This document shows, piece after piece, positions 1-10,129 of a stretch of DNA of 64,000 bases (position 1 is its first letter; each line of letters starts with the position of its first letter). Position numbers and translations under genes: made by a program. Below the pieces are notes generated by a model. The model was given only the letters and a program-made list of their open reading frames with translations, was not told the origin of the DNA and searched no databases. The DNA is from a virus. Its lineage: Duplodnaviria; Caudoviricetes. Location: positions 814-64,813 of the IMG/VR virus record IMGVR_UViG_3300035670_011014. The stretch is one strand, 5' to 3'.

Positions 1-923
1 TCCAACATCTCATCTTGATATTTTAATATTGAAGAATTTTTTGGGAAGTCATTAAAAAATCCCTCCACAACCTCAACTCCTTGAATTTGTTGCAATTCAT
101 CATAATTGTTATCGTTTGATATTACAACAATTTTTATCGAATCATGATTGAACGACTTAACCTTTTCAACGAAAAGTTTTGTTTTGTTGAACTCTGTTGA
201 TTGAAGTAATAGTACCGACGGAACTTTGAATTTGTTGATTTTTTCATTTACTATAATTTCAGGTTTCATGAAAATCGGAAGGTTTTCATCGTACTTTTCT
301 ATAAAATATTCACGATTAGTTTCCCATTGATTGTTGGTTTGCCCAACTGATTTGTGTGTAATTCTCACGTCAAAAATCACTCCTATTTTCACATTTTTTA
401 GATAATTGGATACACAAAAATCCAAATCATAAAAATGGAAACCTTCAATATCAGCCCCAAATTTTTCAGCAATTCTTTCCTTATGAATTGCAATGAACAC
501 TCCATCGACAATAACCGTTTCAATAATCTCACCGACCCAATTTTTGCAATATTTCGATTCCCATCGTTTACCATCATTTTCATGGTTAACTATACCAACC
601 ATTTTAGAAGGATCCTCCCACCATTTTCCTGATGCGGGTAGATGTGTTGTTCCAGCAACACCTAAAATACCAAAATTCGATTCATCGAAATGTTTAATCA
701 ACTTTCTAGCCCAAGATTTGGTATCGAACATAATATCATCGTGACACAAAACAACAATCTCGTTCGAAGAGTCCTGAATTGCTTTGTTATAAATTTCAGT
801 TAAAGAGTATTCACCATTATTCTCATAAGGTAATACCTCTATGTTTTTTAAACCTGAAGTATTTTTAATTTCTTGGACGAATTTTTCGTCAATTTTTCGT
901 GTACTAAATGCTACTGTAATCAT
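1..923 (-). CDS. Glycosyltransferase, GT2/GT-A-like (runs off window start; missing from ORF track)
   Basis: Manual translation from ATG at 923: MITVAFSTRK...YNKAIQDSSNEIVVLCHDDIMF...GILGVAG...VDGVFIA...GFHFYDLDFC. HDD (DxD-like) motif and GT-A pattern; no stop before position 1. Confidence 0.75.
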   Translation of the reverse strand, partial: MITVAFSTRKIDEKFVQEIKNTSGLKNIEVLPYENNGEYSLTEIYNKAIQDSSNEIVVLCHDDIMFDTKSWARKLIKHFDESNFGILGVAGTTHLPASGKWWEDPSKMVGIVNHENDGKRWESKYCKNWVGEIIETVIVDGVFIAIHKERIAEKFGADIEGFHFYDLDFCVSNYLKNVKIGVIFDVRITHKSVGQTNNQWETNREYFIEKYDENLPIFMKPEIIVNEKINKFKVPSVLLLQSTEFNKTKLFVEKVKSFNHDSIKIVVISNDNNYDELQQIQGVEVVEGFFNDFPKNSSILKYQDEML

Positions 924-925
924 AA

Positions 926-1516
926 TTAATTTCCTGTTGAGCCAAAACCATTTGAATTTCTATCTTTATTATTAAAACTTGCAACTTTTGTCAGACTGAC
1001 TTTTGAACCTGGTAATACAGGACAAAGGACTGCTTGTGCTACTTTTTCACCTTTTTTAATTGTTTGTGAAATATTGTCCATGTTTATGACAATAACTTTG
1101 ATTTCACCAGTGTATCCCTCATCTACGGTTCCTGGTGTATTAAGAACTGTGAGTCCTTTATTGATTGCCAAACCACTTTTAGGACGAACTTGGATTTCAT
1201 AATTTTTGGGAATATTAAAATATATACCTGTCGGAACTAAGGCTCTACCAAACGGAGCTAGATAAATTTCCTCATTAGCTCTTAAATCAAACCCCGAATC
1301 ACTAGGGTAGTTGTATGATAAATCCTCGTTGTTAGAATCTTTTTTGTATTCGAGTATGACTTTCATATTTTCAAAATCTTGCATCATACTATTCAAAGCA
1401 GATTCGTCAATCCCTAAAGAAGACATTACATCTTCAGGTGTAGAATTTTCTGAAATACTTCTAAGTTTATTCAACAACTTAGCGGTTTCTTTTATATTTT
1501 TAATTTTTTCAAACAT
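926..1516 (-). CDS. dut: Trimeric dUTPase with ~55-aa N-terminal extension
   Basis: Motifs SGFDL, RPKSGLA, GTVDEGYTGEI, AQAV and C-terminal RNSNGFGSTG. Confidence 0.95.
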   Translation of the reverse strand: MFEKIKNIKETAKLLNKLRSISENSTPEDVMSSLGIDESALNSMMQDFENMKVILEYKKDSNNEDLSYNYPSDSGFDLRANEEIYLAPFGRALVPTGIYFNIPKNYEIQVRPKSGLAINKGLTVLNTPGTVDEGYTGEIKVIVINMDNISQTIKKGEKVAQAVLCPVLPGSKVSLTKVASFNNKDRNSNGFGSTGN

Positions 1517-1517
1517 A

Positions 1518-2219
1518 TTATTCTAATGTATAAAATTTTTGTACTACGTTTATAAGAACTTCAACATCCTTTTCACAATATTCGGTAATTTCTTTGAGTT
1601 GATTTTTGAACCAATAAGCCTCATGAACCTTATTTCCAACAACCTCCATATTCTTTGATGATTCAACTCCCATGCAGCTACACATTAACTCAAGTGAGCC
1701 AATACTCGAAAAACTTCCGAACTGCCACAATTCTTTTGTATCCAATGCTTTTATTTCCCATGGTTTTGTATCGTGTGATGGGAGTATCTCAGGTGGTTTA
1801 ATTCCGTTGATAACCATTCTTTTAGCTAAGACGGGAATATCAAAACCTTTTGCATTATGTCCACAAAGATAAAAACCTAACTTCCCAATTTTTTTCAAAA
1901 GGAAATTTAAATCTTTTAGAATTTGTTTTTCATCATCACCACTAAAACTTTGAATTTTAATCCCACCTGTTGGGTCTACGTACCCAACGCTGACACAAAC
2001 AATTTTCAAAAATTCCGCAACCAAGGCAGATTTATTGTAGAACATAACATCACAACCTTGTCCTTGATGTTCAGGGAATCTTTTTTCGAACCAATCCAAG
2101 TAGTGTTCGAATTGATATGCAAGGGACTGGTGATTTTCCTTGAAGGTTGTAAAGTCTTTCTCAACACCTACAGTTTCGATATCAATAAATAAAATTTTGG
2201 TGATAGGTATGTTTATCAT
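1518..2219 (-). CDS. Stand-alone DEDD 3'-5' exonuclease (PolB exonuclease-like)
   Basis: ExoI FIDIETV, ExoII GHNAKGFDIP, ExoIII YCEKDV. Confidence 0.85.
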   Translation of the reverse strand: MINIPITKILFIDIETVGVEKDFTTFKENHQSLAYQFEHYLDWFEKRFPEHQGQGCDVMFYNKSALVAEFLKIVCVSVGYVDPTGGIKIQSFSGDDEKQILKDLNFLLKKIGKLGFYLCGHNAKGFDIPVLAKRMVINGIKPPEILPSHDTKPWEIKALDTKELWQFGSFSSIGSLELMCSCMGVESSKNMEVVGNKVHEAYWFKNQLKEITEYCEKDVEVLINVVQKFYTLE

Positions 2220-3430
2220 TTCAAAAGTGATTTATAAAGTTCAGCTCGGTTTTTTGTAACAACTCTCAAATCGTATGTATCTTTAACAGTTTCGTACAAC
2301 TTCTGTCCTAAGTCATATGCCATGTTTGGATTATCACTCAATAGTTTGATGTTCTTGTACCAATCGTTGTAGTTTTTGAACTCACTAACTAATAGTGCGT
2401 TACCATCGGTAAACTTCTTGTTTACATATGCACTTTTCAAATCAACTGTATAAGGTCCGAAGTCTGATGCGATGATTGCCTTTTTATAAAATCCTGCTTC
2501 GATTACTTTGAGTTGTGATTTCACTTTATTGAATATGTGGTTTTTAATTGGAGCCAAGGATACATCAAATTTTGAATAGTTTTTTGCGTAAGAGGTAACA
2601 GGACGAGTCCATACTCTCTGATAATATTCATCAGGAAAATTGACACTGTTGTCTTCTTTGAATTTCATAAGAAACTCTTTGTAATCTGCAGACATCATGG
2701 AGTGATTAGCCGTTACAATTTGTTCATATCGATACCATACAGTCTCCAAAGGTTTGATAGGGCGGCTTTTTTGTTCACCTGTCTGTGCGTTAATTTCTGT
2801 CATGGAACCTCTTGTGTCAAATCCACAAAGATATAGTTGTATTTTATCTTGATAAGGTTTAAGTCTTTCAAAGGTGTTACCAAACAATTCTAAATCATGT
2901 AAGTGTGAGGAACCACCTAACCAACCAAATCTTAATTTGTCTGAAGGTATAGTTGGTTCTTTGAACTGACTTTCTTCAGGATTAATCGAGTTCGGTATGA
3001 CAAATACGTTTTTGTTCAGTTTCGAGATTTCGTGGGCAAACAAAGAAGTTGTGGTTGTAACATACTTCGCAACCTTGATGTTGTTTTTAATTTTTTCAAA
3101 AAGATTGTTTTGGATAACCAACTGATGTGCGGGGTGTTCCCTCGTTGGTAACCAATAGTCGTCGATATCTAAAATTGTGATTATCCCTGCGTTATTGAGT
3201 TTTTGAATGACGGCATTGGACTTTTCGTAGTCGGGATTTAAAGTTCTGTGAAAATGAACAATCTGATATTTTTTCCAATAGTTCATATCATCCATTTTCG
3301 GATCGTAGTCAATGTCCACGTGAAATTCATCAGGATATAAATTTTGTAAAAAAATGTGTGGTTCGACAGATCGAAATTTACCGACACCTGTCCTGTCGGA
3401 TGGAAGTACTAAGACATGAATTTTTTCCAT
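2216..3430 (-). CDS. Glycosyltransferase, GT-B (GT4-like)
   Basis: DIDDYW, GWLGGSSHLHDL, DVSLAP..FNKVKSQLKVIEAG..IIASDFGPY; typical GT-B C-terminal motif. Confidence 0.8.
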   Translation of the reverse strand: MEKIHVLVLPSDRTGVGKFRSVEPHIFLQNLYPDEFHVDIDYDPKMDDMNYWKKYQIVHFHRTLNPDYEKSNAVIQKLNNAGIITILDIDDYWLPTREHPAHQLVIQNNLFEKIKNNIKVAKYVTTTTSLFAHEISKLNKNVFVIPNSINPEESQFKEPTIPSDKLRFGWLGGSSHLHDLELFGNTFERLKPYQDKIQLYLCGFDTRGSMTEINAQTGEQKSRPIKPLETVWYRYEQIVTANHSMMSADYKEFLMKFKEDNSVNFPDEYYQRVWTRPVTSYAKNYSKFDVSLAPIKNHIFNKVKSQLKVIEAGFYKKAIIASDFGPYTVDLKSAYVNKKFTDGNALLVSEFKNYNDWYKNIKLLSDNPNMAYDLGQKLYETVKDTYDLRVVTKNRAELYKSLLK

Positions 3431-3479
3431 TAAAGCGAATTTGTAAAATTATAACAAATTCAATGGAACAAAAAAAGAC

Positions 3480-4043
3480 TTATTGGATTTTTTTGATAGA
3501 GGTTACCTTACCTTCAAAAATGTGTTTCCCAACTTTCAATTCTAATCTATCGTTAGTTTTAGTTGTTGATTCTGTGATGACACCTAAACTCTTGAGTTCT
3601 TCCTTAATAACGTCTCTTACGGTATCTCTAACAGTGTCTCTAACCATGTTTCTTAATTCATTCATGTTGAAACTTGGTGATTCAGAATTCTTAGGTGTTG
3701 ATGTAGTCCGTTTGTTATCATTCATCAACCTTGAGGCTTTTTCCACTAAATCGTCCGATAACGTGGGTCCATTCAATGATGGTTGTACAATTGGATTCTC
3801 TATCATTAATTTTTTGATTTCGTCGGGTAGTTTAGAATTCATCACACGACTGGAGTCATATGGTTGTGCCACATTCAAAGTTTGTTGTATGGAAGGTTGT
3901 TGTGGTTGTTCCATCATAGGTTGTGATTCCTCATAAGATGTTTGTGTGAACGACGACTCTCCAGCTGATTGTCCTCTTGGAATTCTGTCGTGGGCTTCCA
4001 TGACTTTTTTTGCCATCACTAATTTTTGCATCAAATCACTCAT
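3480..4043 (-). CDS. Hypothetical phage protein
   Basis: 187-aa ORF in a tightly packed minus-strand operon; no recognisable motif. Confidence 0.7.
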   Translation of the reverse strand: MSDLMQKLVMAKKVMEAHDRIPRGQSAGESSFTQTSYEESQPMMEQPQQPSIQQTLNVAQPYDSSRVMNSKLPDEIKKLMIENPIVQPSLNGPTLSDDLVEKASRLMNDNKRTTSTPKNSESPSFNMNELRNMVRDTVRDTVRDVIKEELKSLGVITESTTKTNDRLELKVGKHIFEGKVTSIKKIQ

Positions 4044-4047
4044 CTTA

Positions 4048-4428
4048 TTAAAATTTTGCGTTCAGTATTACTCGTGTCATACTTTTATCACCATTTGGGT
4101 TATATCCAGGTCGTGGTGTATTAAATTTCTCTAACGTAGGTTTAAAAGTAAAGATTTTATCCACTCTGAATAATCTCCAACCAGGAAGGGGTTGTTCTCC
4201 TATACGAGCAGTATGTGAAGCACCTTCTTCGTCCCACGCCCTTAAAACAACATTTCCTCTTTTACTATACCCAACACAAACAGGTTCGATAGTTCGCAAT
4301 CCTTTACCACCGGGTTCATCACCATCATAATAGATAGTAACAACGGTTTTTTGTTTAATTGCGTCTTGAATGTCTTTCAAAGATGCAATTTCAGTTATCA
4401 AAGATTTTAAACTACCAACTAGTCTCAC
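4048..4428 (-). CDS. Stand-alone WYL-domain protein
   Basis: AIKQKTVVTIYY...RTIEPVCVG...VLRAW...WRLFRVDKI matches the WYL pattern (R-x-x-x-P, R-x-F-R-x-D-x-I); no HTH. Confidence 0.8.
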   Translation of the reverse strand: MRLVGSLKSLITEIASLKDIQDAIKQKTVVTIYYDGDEPGGKGLRTIEPVCVGYSKRGNVVLRAWDEEGASHTARIGEQPLPGWRLFRVDKIFTFKPTLEKFNTPRPGYNPNGDKSMTRVILNAKF

Positions 4429-4724
4429 TGAGTTACGCTATAGTATGGTTTATCAGGATTATATTTGTTTACTACAATATCAGATTTTCTTTCGATCTGA
4501 TCCGTCTTGGTACCGGCATTGTAATTGTAAATATCCAAATCTCCACCTGTACCTCTACCAATTTCATCCCCATTTGCAAGGGCTGCTGGATTTACAGGTG
4601 AGTATTCATTTGCATTGTCGGAAAAATCGTTTCTTGCGAATAACTTTCTTCTTTCTACGTCTGCAATTCTAGACATTTCGTTTTCTGGTTGTGAAAAGTC
4701 TAATGTGTCCGATTGTTGTGCCAT
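4425..4724 (-). CDS. Hypothetical protein
   Basis: 99-aa ORF overlapping both neighbours by 1-4 nt (translational coupling). Confidence 0.65.
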   Translation of the reverse strand: MAQQSDTLDFSQPENEMSRIADVERRKLFARNDFSDNANEYSPVNPAALANGDEIGRGTGGDLDIYNYNAGTKTDQIERKSDIVVNKYNPDKPYYSVTQ

Positions 4725-5188
4725 TATAAAATTGTTTGCATTATTTGGTTTATTTTTTTGATGTTTTCTGTAACAGTGGTATCAAATTTATTTATACCCT
4801 TTTCATGTCTATCATGTGGGTTTACGATGGAATTCTTTTTTTCATGATTCCGTATGAATTGATTACTCATTCCTGAATCGTGTTTAGTTTGTTTACCACT
4901 TTCCAAAGTATTTCTCCAATGATCGAGAACATGGTCACACCAACGATTCATTCTATCCCCTCCGTTTAGGATGAAAGGTGCGTCTTCTTTTTTTCCTGAA
5001 TATGTGTCGAACCAATTTTTCATTCGCTTGAGTTGTTGGTAAGTCACAAATCCATTTTCTCTGAGTTCTTTATTTCTATTGTGCCCTTCAGTGTTAGAGT
5101 CACTTTTTAAGGCAGAAAAAGATTGCTCTAAATGTTTAATAAGAGTTTCGGGTAATTTTGCCTTCCTATTATATAGACTTTTATTCAC
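4724..5188 (-). CDS. Hypothetical phage protein
   Basis: 154-aa coupled ORF containing TYQQLKRMKNWF...LNGGDRMNRW. Confidence 0.7.
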   Translation of the reverse strand: MNKSLYNRKAKLPETLIKHLEQSFSALKSDSNTEGHNRNKELRENGFVTYQQLKRMKNWFDTYSGKKEDAPFILNGGDRMNRWCDHVLDHWRNTLESGKQTKHDSGMSNQFIRNHEKKNSIVNPHDRHEKGINKFDTTVTENIKKINQIMQTIL

Positions 5189-5903
5189 CTCTCATCATTT
5201 TAAATAATTCATTCAAGGTGAACCCTTCTTTTTTTGCTAATTTCAAAACCGACTTAAAATTCCTTGTGAGTATTTCAGATGGTTTTCCAACTTTTTTTTG
5301 AATATCTTTTGTATCTGATTTGGACATAACCAAATCTTCTATGATTTTTTTCACTTCTTCTTCACTCAATTCTTTTTCAGTCAATCTTTGAGTAACAACA
5401 AAGTTTTTTTTGTTTTTAATGTCTTTGGGTGTTTTATCATCTAAACGAAGAGTTTTACCAAATCCTTCACATCTTTGAACTGCAGAGTCTTCATCTAAAC
5501 CCATTTTGTTTATCAAAAATTTAACACACTCTTCGGCAGTCATATCTTTTGTTTCTTCATATCCGAAAGCATCACTCATGTCAACTTCTTTGATTTCGTT
5601 TTCATTGTAATACCTTCTGAACCCACGAGTCCATGGGTCTTGTGGGGTTCTTGCCATTGCTACTGTTTGATCCATAGTTTTTTTGGGTGTCATCCTCGGA
5701 TCTAAAATTGGAATTTTGGAACTACTAAAAGTTCCATCATAATCTATCAACTCTTCAAGCTCTTTTTTCTTAGTAACTTTAAGGAATGTCTTATGGGACT
5801 CGCATGGCATAAATTTTTCTTTATGCTTGTGAGTACCTTCACAACCAATTTCCTCGGCTTTTTTCTTAGCGTCTTTTTCAGAAGAGAAAAGAAATGATTT
5901 CAT
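5181..5903 (-). CDS. Hypothetical protein with N-terminal DUF3721-like Cys/His motif
   Basis: AEEIGCEGTHKH...MPCESH resembles DUF3721 (GC-x-G-x-H...MPC..H); first gene after the minus-strand TATTTATA. Confidence 0.6.
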   Translation of the reverse strand: MKSFLFSSEKDAKKKAEEIGCEGTHKHKEKFMPCESHKTFLKVTKKKELEELIDYDGTFSSSKIPILDPRMTPKKTMDQTVAMARTPQDPWTRGFRRYYNENEIKEVDMSDAFGYEETKDMTAEECVKFLINKMGLDEDSAVQRCEGFGKTLRLDDKTPKDIKNKKNFVVTQRLTEKELSEEEVKKIIEDLVMSKSDTKDIQKKVGKPSEILTRNFKSVLKLAKKEGFTLNELFKMMRGE

Positions 5904-5920
5904 GAATATAGATATTTTCC

Positions 5921-5947
5921 TATAAATACGGCGAAGGTGGTATTTAT
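5921..5947. promoter_or_regulatory. Back-to-back TATTTAT motifs (putative divergent late promoters)
   Basis: TATAAATA on + at 5921-5928 (TATTTATA on -) precedes the 5903 start; TATTTAT at 5941-5947 precedes the 5964 start. Confidence 0.55.
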
Positions 5948-5963
5948 CTATAAAAACCCGTGA

Positions 5964-8900
5964 ATGGCGTCTCAGAATATAAATAATTATTACTTCAATC
6001 GTTTCGATTTAAGAAATACATTTTACTCGTACAACGATATTTTCTTGGTTTCAGATGAAAAAGATTACGATACTGAGGTAGTTTTTTCTTCTGAAGTAAT
6101 AGCCTACAACGATGGTGACAGGTTACCTATTTATTTAGATTTTAACTCTACAGGTTCATCGCAACAATTAGAAATTCAATATGGAGATTTCAATACGGGT
6201 GACACTGTAGTATCACTGAATTACTACAATCCTTTGAATTTGGATTTGACTTGTTTGAGTGCATTCACAGGTACTTGTGACGTTGGGTTAGTAGCAACAG
6301 ATAACGGATTATACACCAAAATGACGGGTGAAACTTTGTTTTACACCATGGGTATAAGAGACGATTATAAGTTCCACCCATATTACTACGACAGAAGATT
6401 TAAAATGCATCCAATAACAGGATACACTGAAAGTCCTAACGTTCGTTTTTCAGGAAATACCGACAGAACCTTATACAATATTGTTTCAGTGACAGGAACG
6501 ACTGAAGGGGTTTATCGTGAATTGTTTGGTGGTTTTTACCAAGGATTTTATAAACTATTTGGATATGATTATGAAGTTTTCCCCGAACGAGTAAATAAAG
6601 GTTGGACTGTGGAGATGTTGTTGAAACCCAGAATCGCAGGGTTATATCCACCCGTTTCAGGTGAGACTACGTTGAATTCTGTCTACCCTAATAATTCCAA
6701 CATATTTTTTTATTTTGGTACAAGGGCAGAAGACAAATATTATCATTATGCCTCGGGAACGCCTCAAACAGATTCGGGATACACAAGGGTAACTGAGCAA
6801 TTGGGGTGTATAAAGACATGTGGATGTTCAGATACCGCAACGACAACTTCAGATTGTTATCAAGTTTATCCTCAATCTGCCTATACTGTAACACATTATG
6901 GTAGTTGTTGTGATTGTCCAACGGAAGAACCTGTACCACCAAAAGATGCTAAAATAGATGTTTTATCAAACGCATTAGCTTTAAGGTTTTCTGGCGATCC
7001 GTGTAATCCTGTTTTGGGAGTTCGTTATATAAAATACACAGGAGATTGTGTAACGACTGGTTTTTGTGAAACTAGTGGTTTGACTTACAGTACTGGATAC
7101 ACAATTGATGAGGTATACTCAAGTAAAGGTATATATGATGATTGTGATTTTCCACCAGGTGAATGTGCAGATAGATGGGTGCAGATAGATGTCGTATTTG
7201 ACAGATATATCACAATTGAAGGTTGTGATTTACTTAATTTTGGGGGATTGGGTGATTTACGTAAGATGACATATACGTCGTCTACATTTAACGCATCCGT
7301 AAATTTAATAAGTCCTCCTCAGACACATCCTGGTGTTCCACATGAAAAAGAAATAGAAGTCATAGAATTTACACGTAGATGGGAAGAAGATTTGGATTAT
7401 CGACTTGGAAGGTTAATGTTCTATGTCAATGGTTATCTTTTCATGATAATCGAAAACTTTGAGGAGATTATACCAAGAGAACTAAACACCTTAAAAGAAA
7501 AACAAGTCGGTGTACCATTTAATATATCTTGGGGTGGTGGATCTTTGGGATTGAGAGAAAGTTTGATTTTTTCCGGTTGTTCACAATTGGAAGGTCCGTA
7601 TATTCAGGATCCGGAATTAATGCCAAACCAAACATTGTCAGGGACAAGTCTTTCTGGTTTATCCACAGACATTTTAATTGAACCTAATTTTGCGGGTACA
7701 TTTGATGGTGCTATTTCACAGTTCAGAATGTATGTCGAACCTTTATCTGCACCACAAATTCAACATAATTTTAGACTACTAAAAAATGATTTCAACTTAT
7801 TTGATTTTTGGTGTCTCAATTGTACGGATGTAGTTGATCCTTGTGATTTCGAATTCCAATTTATTGAATCATCACCCACACCAACATCCAGTGTTACACC
7901 AACAATCACTCCTACACAAACCGAAACTCCAACAAATACTCCTACACCTACAAACACCGAAACTCCGACTAACACTCCAACTGTTACAAACACTCCTACA
8001 CAAACCGAAACTCCAACAAATACTCCTACGCCTACAAATACTGAAACACCAACTAATACTCCAACACCCACTACCACAGAAACTCCAACAAACACTCCAA
8101 CACAAACTAACACAGAGACTCCGACGAATACTCCAACTCAAACACCTACACCTGCAAATACTGAAACTCCAACTCAAACACCAACACCCACAAATACTGA
8201 AACTCCAACTCAAACACCAACACCTACAAATACTGAAACTCCAACTCAAACACCAACACCCACTACCACAGAAACTCCAACAAACACTCCAACACAAACT
8301 AACACAGAGACTCCGACGAATACTCCAACTCAAACTCCTACACCAACAAATACTGAAACTCCAACTCAAACACCAACACCCACTACCACAGAAACTCCAA
8401 CAAACACTCCAACACAAACTAACACAGAGACTCCAACAAATACTCCTACACCAACAAATACTGAAACTCCAACAAATACTCCTACACCTACAAATACACC
8501 AACACTAACTAATACACCAACTAATACAGAGACTCCGACTAATACCCCAACAAATACACACACACCAACCCAAACTCAAACACCTACAAATACCATAACC
8601 CCCACTAATACTCTGACACAGACACCAACTCCGTCTTCTACTTTGAGTAATGAGGGGTACTTACTTCAGGAAAATTTTTCTATGATACTTCAAGAAGGTG
8701 AGGAATCAAACGGAATTTTAATTGAACCAATTCAATCGAGTCCCACACCAACAAACACTTCAACTCCAACTCCAACACCAAGTGCAACACCTTTACCAAC
8801 AATTGAGTTATTCACAACTGTAGGTACAACTTCTTGGGTAGCTCCTGCAGGTGTAACCTCAGTCGAATATCTTGTTGTTGCAGGTGGAGGTGGTGGTGGA

Positions 8901-9470
8901 AATGGATATGATAATGCGGGTGGTGGAGGTGGTGGTGCTGGTATGGTACTCACAGGAACCCTATCTGTAACACCAGGAAACTCTTACACTGTAACTGTCG
9001 GTGATGGGGGTGTTGGAGGTGCAGATGCAAGAGCGAATAATGCAGGTTCACCAGGCGTAAATAGTGTATTTAGTTCCATTACATCTCTTGGTGGAGGGAA
9101 TGGATTGGGCTCGAGAACTGGTGGTGTTGCAGGACTTGCACAGGTTGGTGATACAACATCACCAACTGGTGGTAGTGGTTCTGGTGGTGGTTTCGGAGGT
9201 AAAGGTGGTGGAGGTGCATCTGGTAATGGAAGTAACAACTCAGGTGCAACTGGTGGTGCTGGTGGTGCGGGTGTGAGTAATTCTATAACAGGTTCTGCCG
9301 TCACTTACGGTGCGGGTGGTGCGGGTGCCAATGCAGGTACGCAAAATCCTGGAGTTAACGGAACATCAAACACAGGTAATGGTGGTAGAGCGGGAGGCGC
9401 AACATCAGTAAACTCAACGGGTGGTGGTAAAGGAGGTTCAGGTATTGTAGTATTGAAATACTTCATATAA
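5964..9470 (+). CDS. Virion fibre/decoration protein: Cys-rich, possibly LamG-like N-region, long Thr/Pro linker, Gly-rich C-terminal domain
   Basis: [22 protein letters not shown] (LamG-like end); ~250 aa of TPT repeats; C-terminal [13 protein letters not shown]...[10 protein letters not shown], a Gly-rich domain common in phage tail proteins. Confidence 0.7.
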   Translation: MASQNINNYYFNRFDLRNTFYSYNDIFLVSDEKDYDTEVVFSSEVIAYNDGDRLPIYLDFNSTGSSQQLEIQYGDFNTGDTVVSLNYYNPLNLDLTCLSAFTGTCDVGLVATDNGLYTKMTGETLFYTMGIRDDYKFHPYYYDRRFKMHPITGYTESPNVRFSGNTDRTLYNIVSVTGTTEGVYRELFGGFYQGFYKLFGYDYEVFPERVNKGWTVEMLLKPRIAGLYPPVSGETTLNSVYPNNSNIFFYFGTRAEDKYYHYASGTPQTDSGYTRVTEQLGCIKTCGCSDTATTTSDCYQVYPQSAYTVTHYGSCCDCPTEEPVPPKDAKIDVLSNALALRFSGDPCNPVLGVRYIKYTGDCVTTGFCETSGLTYSTGYTIDEVYSSKGIYDDCDFPPGECADRWVQIDVVFDRYITIEGCDLLNFGGLGDLRKMTYTSSTFNASVNLISPPQTHPGVPHEKEIEVIEFTRRWEEDLDYRLGRLMFYVNGYLFMIIENFEEIIPRELNTLKEKQVGVPFNISWGGGSLGLRESLIFSGCSQLEGPYIQDPELMPNQTLSGTSLSGLSTDILIEPNFAGTFDGAISQFRMYVEPLSAPQIQHNFRLLKNDFNLFDFWCLNCTDVVDPCDFEFQFIESSPTPTSSVTPTITPTQTETPTNTPTPTNTETPTNTPTVTNTPTQTETPTNTPTPTNTETPTNTPTPTTTETPTNTPTQTNTETPTNTPTQTPTPANTETPTQTPTPTNTETPTQTPTPTNTETPTQTPTPTTTETPTNTPTQTNTETPTNTPTQTPTPTNTETPTQTPTPTTTETPTNTPTQTNTETPTNTPTPTNTETPTNTPTPTNTPTLTNTPTNTETPTNTPTNTHTPTQTQTPTNTITPTNTLTQTPTPSSTLSNEGYLLQENFSMILQEGEESNGILIEPIQSSPTPTNTSTPTPTPSATPLPTIELFTTVGTTSWVAPAGVTSVEYLVVAGGGGGGNGYDNAGGGGGGAGMVLTGTLSVTPGNSYTVTVGDGGVGGADARANNAGSPGVNSVFSSITSLGGGNGLGSRTGGVAGLAQVGDTTSPTGGSGSGGGFGGKGGGGASGNGSNNSGATGGAGGAGVSNSITGSAVTYGAGGAGANAGTQNPGVNGTSNTGNGGRAGGATSVNSTGGGKGGSGIVVLKYFI
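7870..8640 (+). repeat. Coding tandem repeat, (TPTxTPTxT[N/T]TE)-like units
   Basis: Exact DNA duplications: 8061-8143 = 8253-8335 (83 bp) and 8226-8314 = 8346-8434 (89 bp). Confidence 0.95.
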
Positions 9471-9490
9471 ACAAATATTTATAAAATAAA

Positions 9491-10126
9491 ATGCCAAATT
9501 TACCCATATCCCAATTACCTGAGTTATTATCATCGGCAATAACAGCGAACGCTGAATTTGCAGTTGCACAAGGAGGTACAACTTACAGAGTAAAACAAGG
9601 TTCTCTGAATCCATATTCTCAAGTCTACGGACTTTTTTCTCAAACTGGTAACAGTGTTACGGTAAGTGGAACAACCATCGAAACTACTATAATTGGTGAA
9701 GGTGTTGGAACCTTGAGCGTACCTGCCAATGCATTTTCTGTCGGAGACAGTTTTCAATTAACCATGGGGGGTGTTATGGATAACACCAATGACACAGTCA
9801 TATTGAAACTAAAAAGTGGTTCTGTAATTTTAGGTCAAAGTTCAACATTCAATCCGGCGGCCGATGGTGATAATTGGTTTATGTCGGTGTATTTTACAGT
9901 CAGGAGTGTTGGTGGAGCCGGTACCGCGTCTCTATCGACACATGGAAATTTTCAAGTGGTTAAATCATCAAATGGGAGTGTTTTTGGGGAAGCCTTTCAA
10001 ACCTTGAACAACACAACTTTTGACACTACAAGTACTAACACTTTAGATATTACAGTTCAGTTTAGTAGTAATGATCCCCTCAATTACATATACAGTGACT
10101 TATTTGTATTGAACAAAATTTTCTAA
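9491..10126 (+). CDS. Putative tail fibre/virion structural protein
   Basis: N-terminal PISQLP motif seen in phage fibre proteins; beta-rich, S/T/G-rich; preceded by TATTTATA at 9476. Confidence 0.55.
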   Translation: MPNLPISQLPELLSSAITANAEFAVAQGGTTYRVKQGSLNPYSQVYGLFSQTGNSVTVSGTTIETTIIGEGVGTLSVPANAFSVGDSFQLTMGGVMDNTNDTVILKLKSGSVILGQSSTFNPAADGDNWFMSVYFTVRSVGGAGTASLSTHGNFQVVKSSNGSVFGEAFQTLNNTTFDTTSTNTLDITVQFSSNDPLNYIYSDLFVLNKIF

Positions 10127-10129
10127 TTG

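Noticed and set aside
398-744. Short ORFs 398-583, 435-632 and 493-744
   Set aside because: They overlap the longer minus-strand glycosyltransferase frame (923 to <1), which the ORF track missed because it is truncated.
7760-8563. Alternative-frame and antisense ORFs over the Thr/Pro repeats (7760-8113, 7834-8508, 7872-8417, 8366-8563; likewise 10709-11144)
   Set aside because: They are shadows of a C/A-rich coding repeat that has few stops in other frames; the translations are low-complexity (VGV, CWS, LQ).
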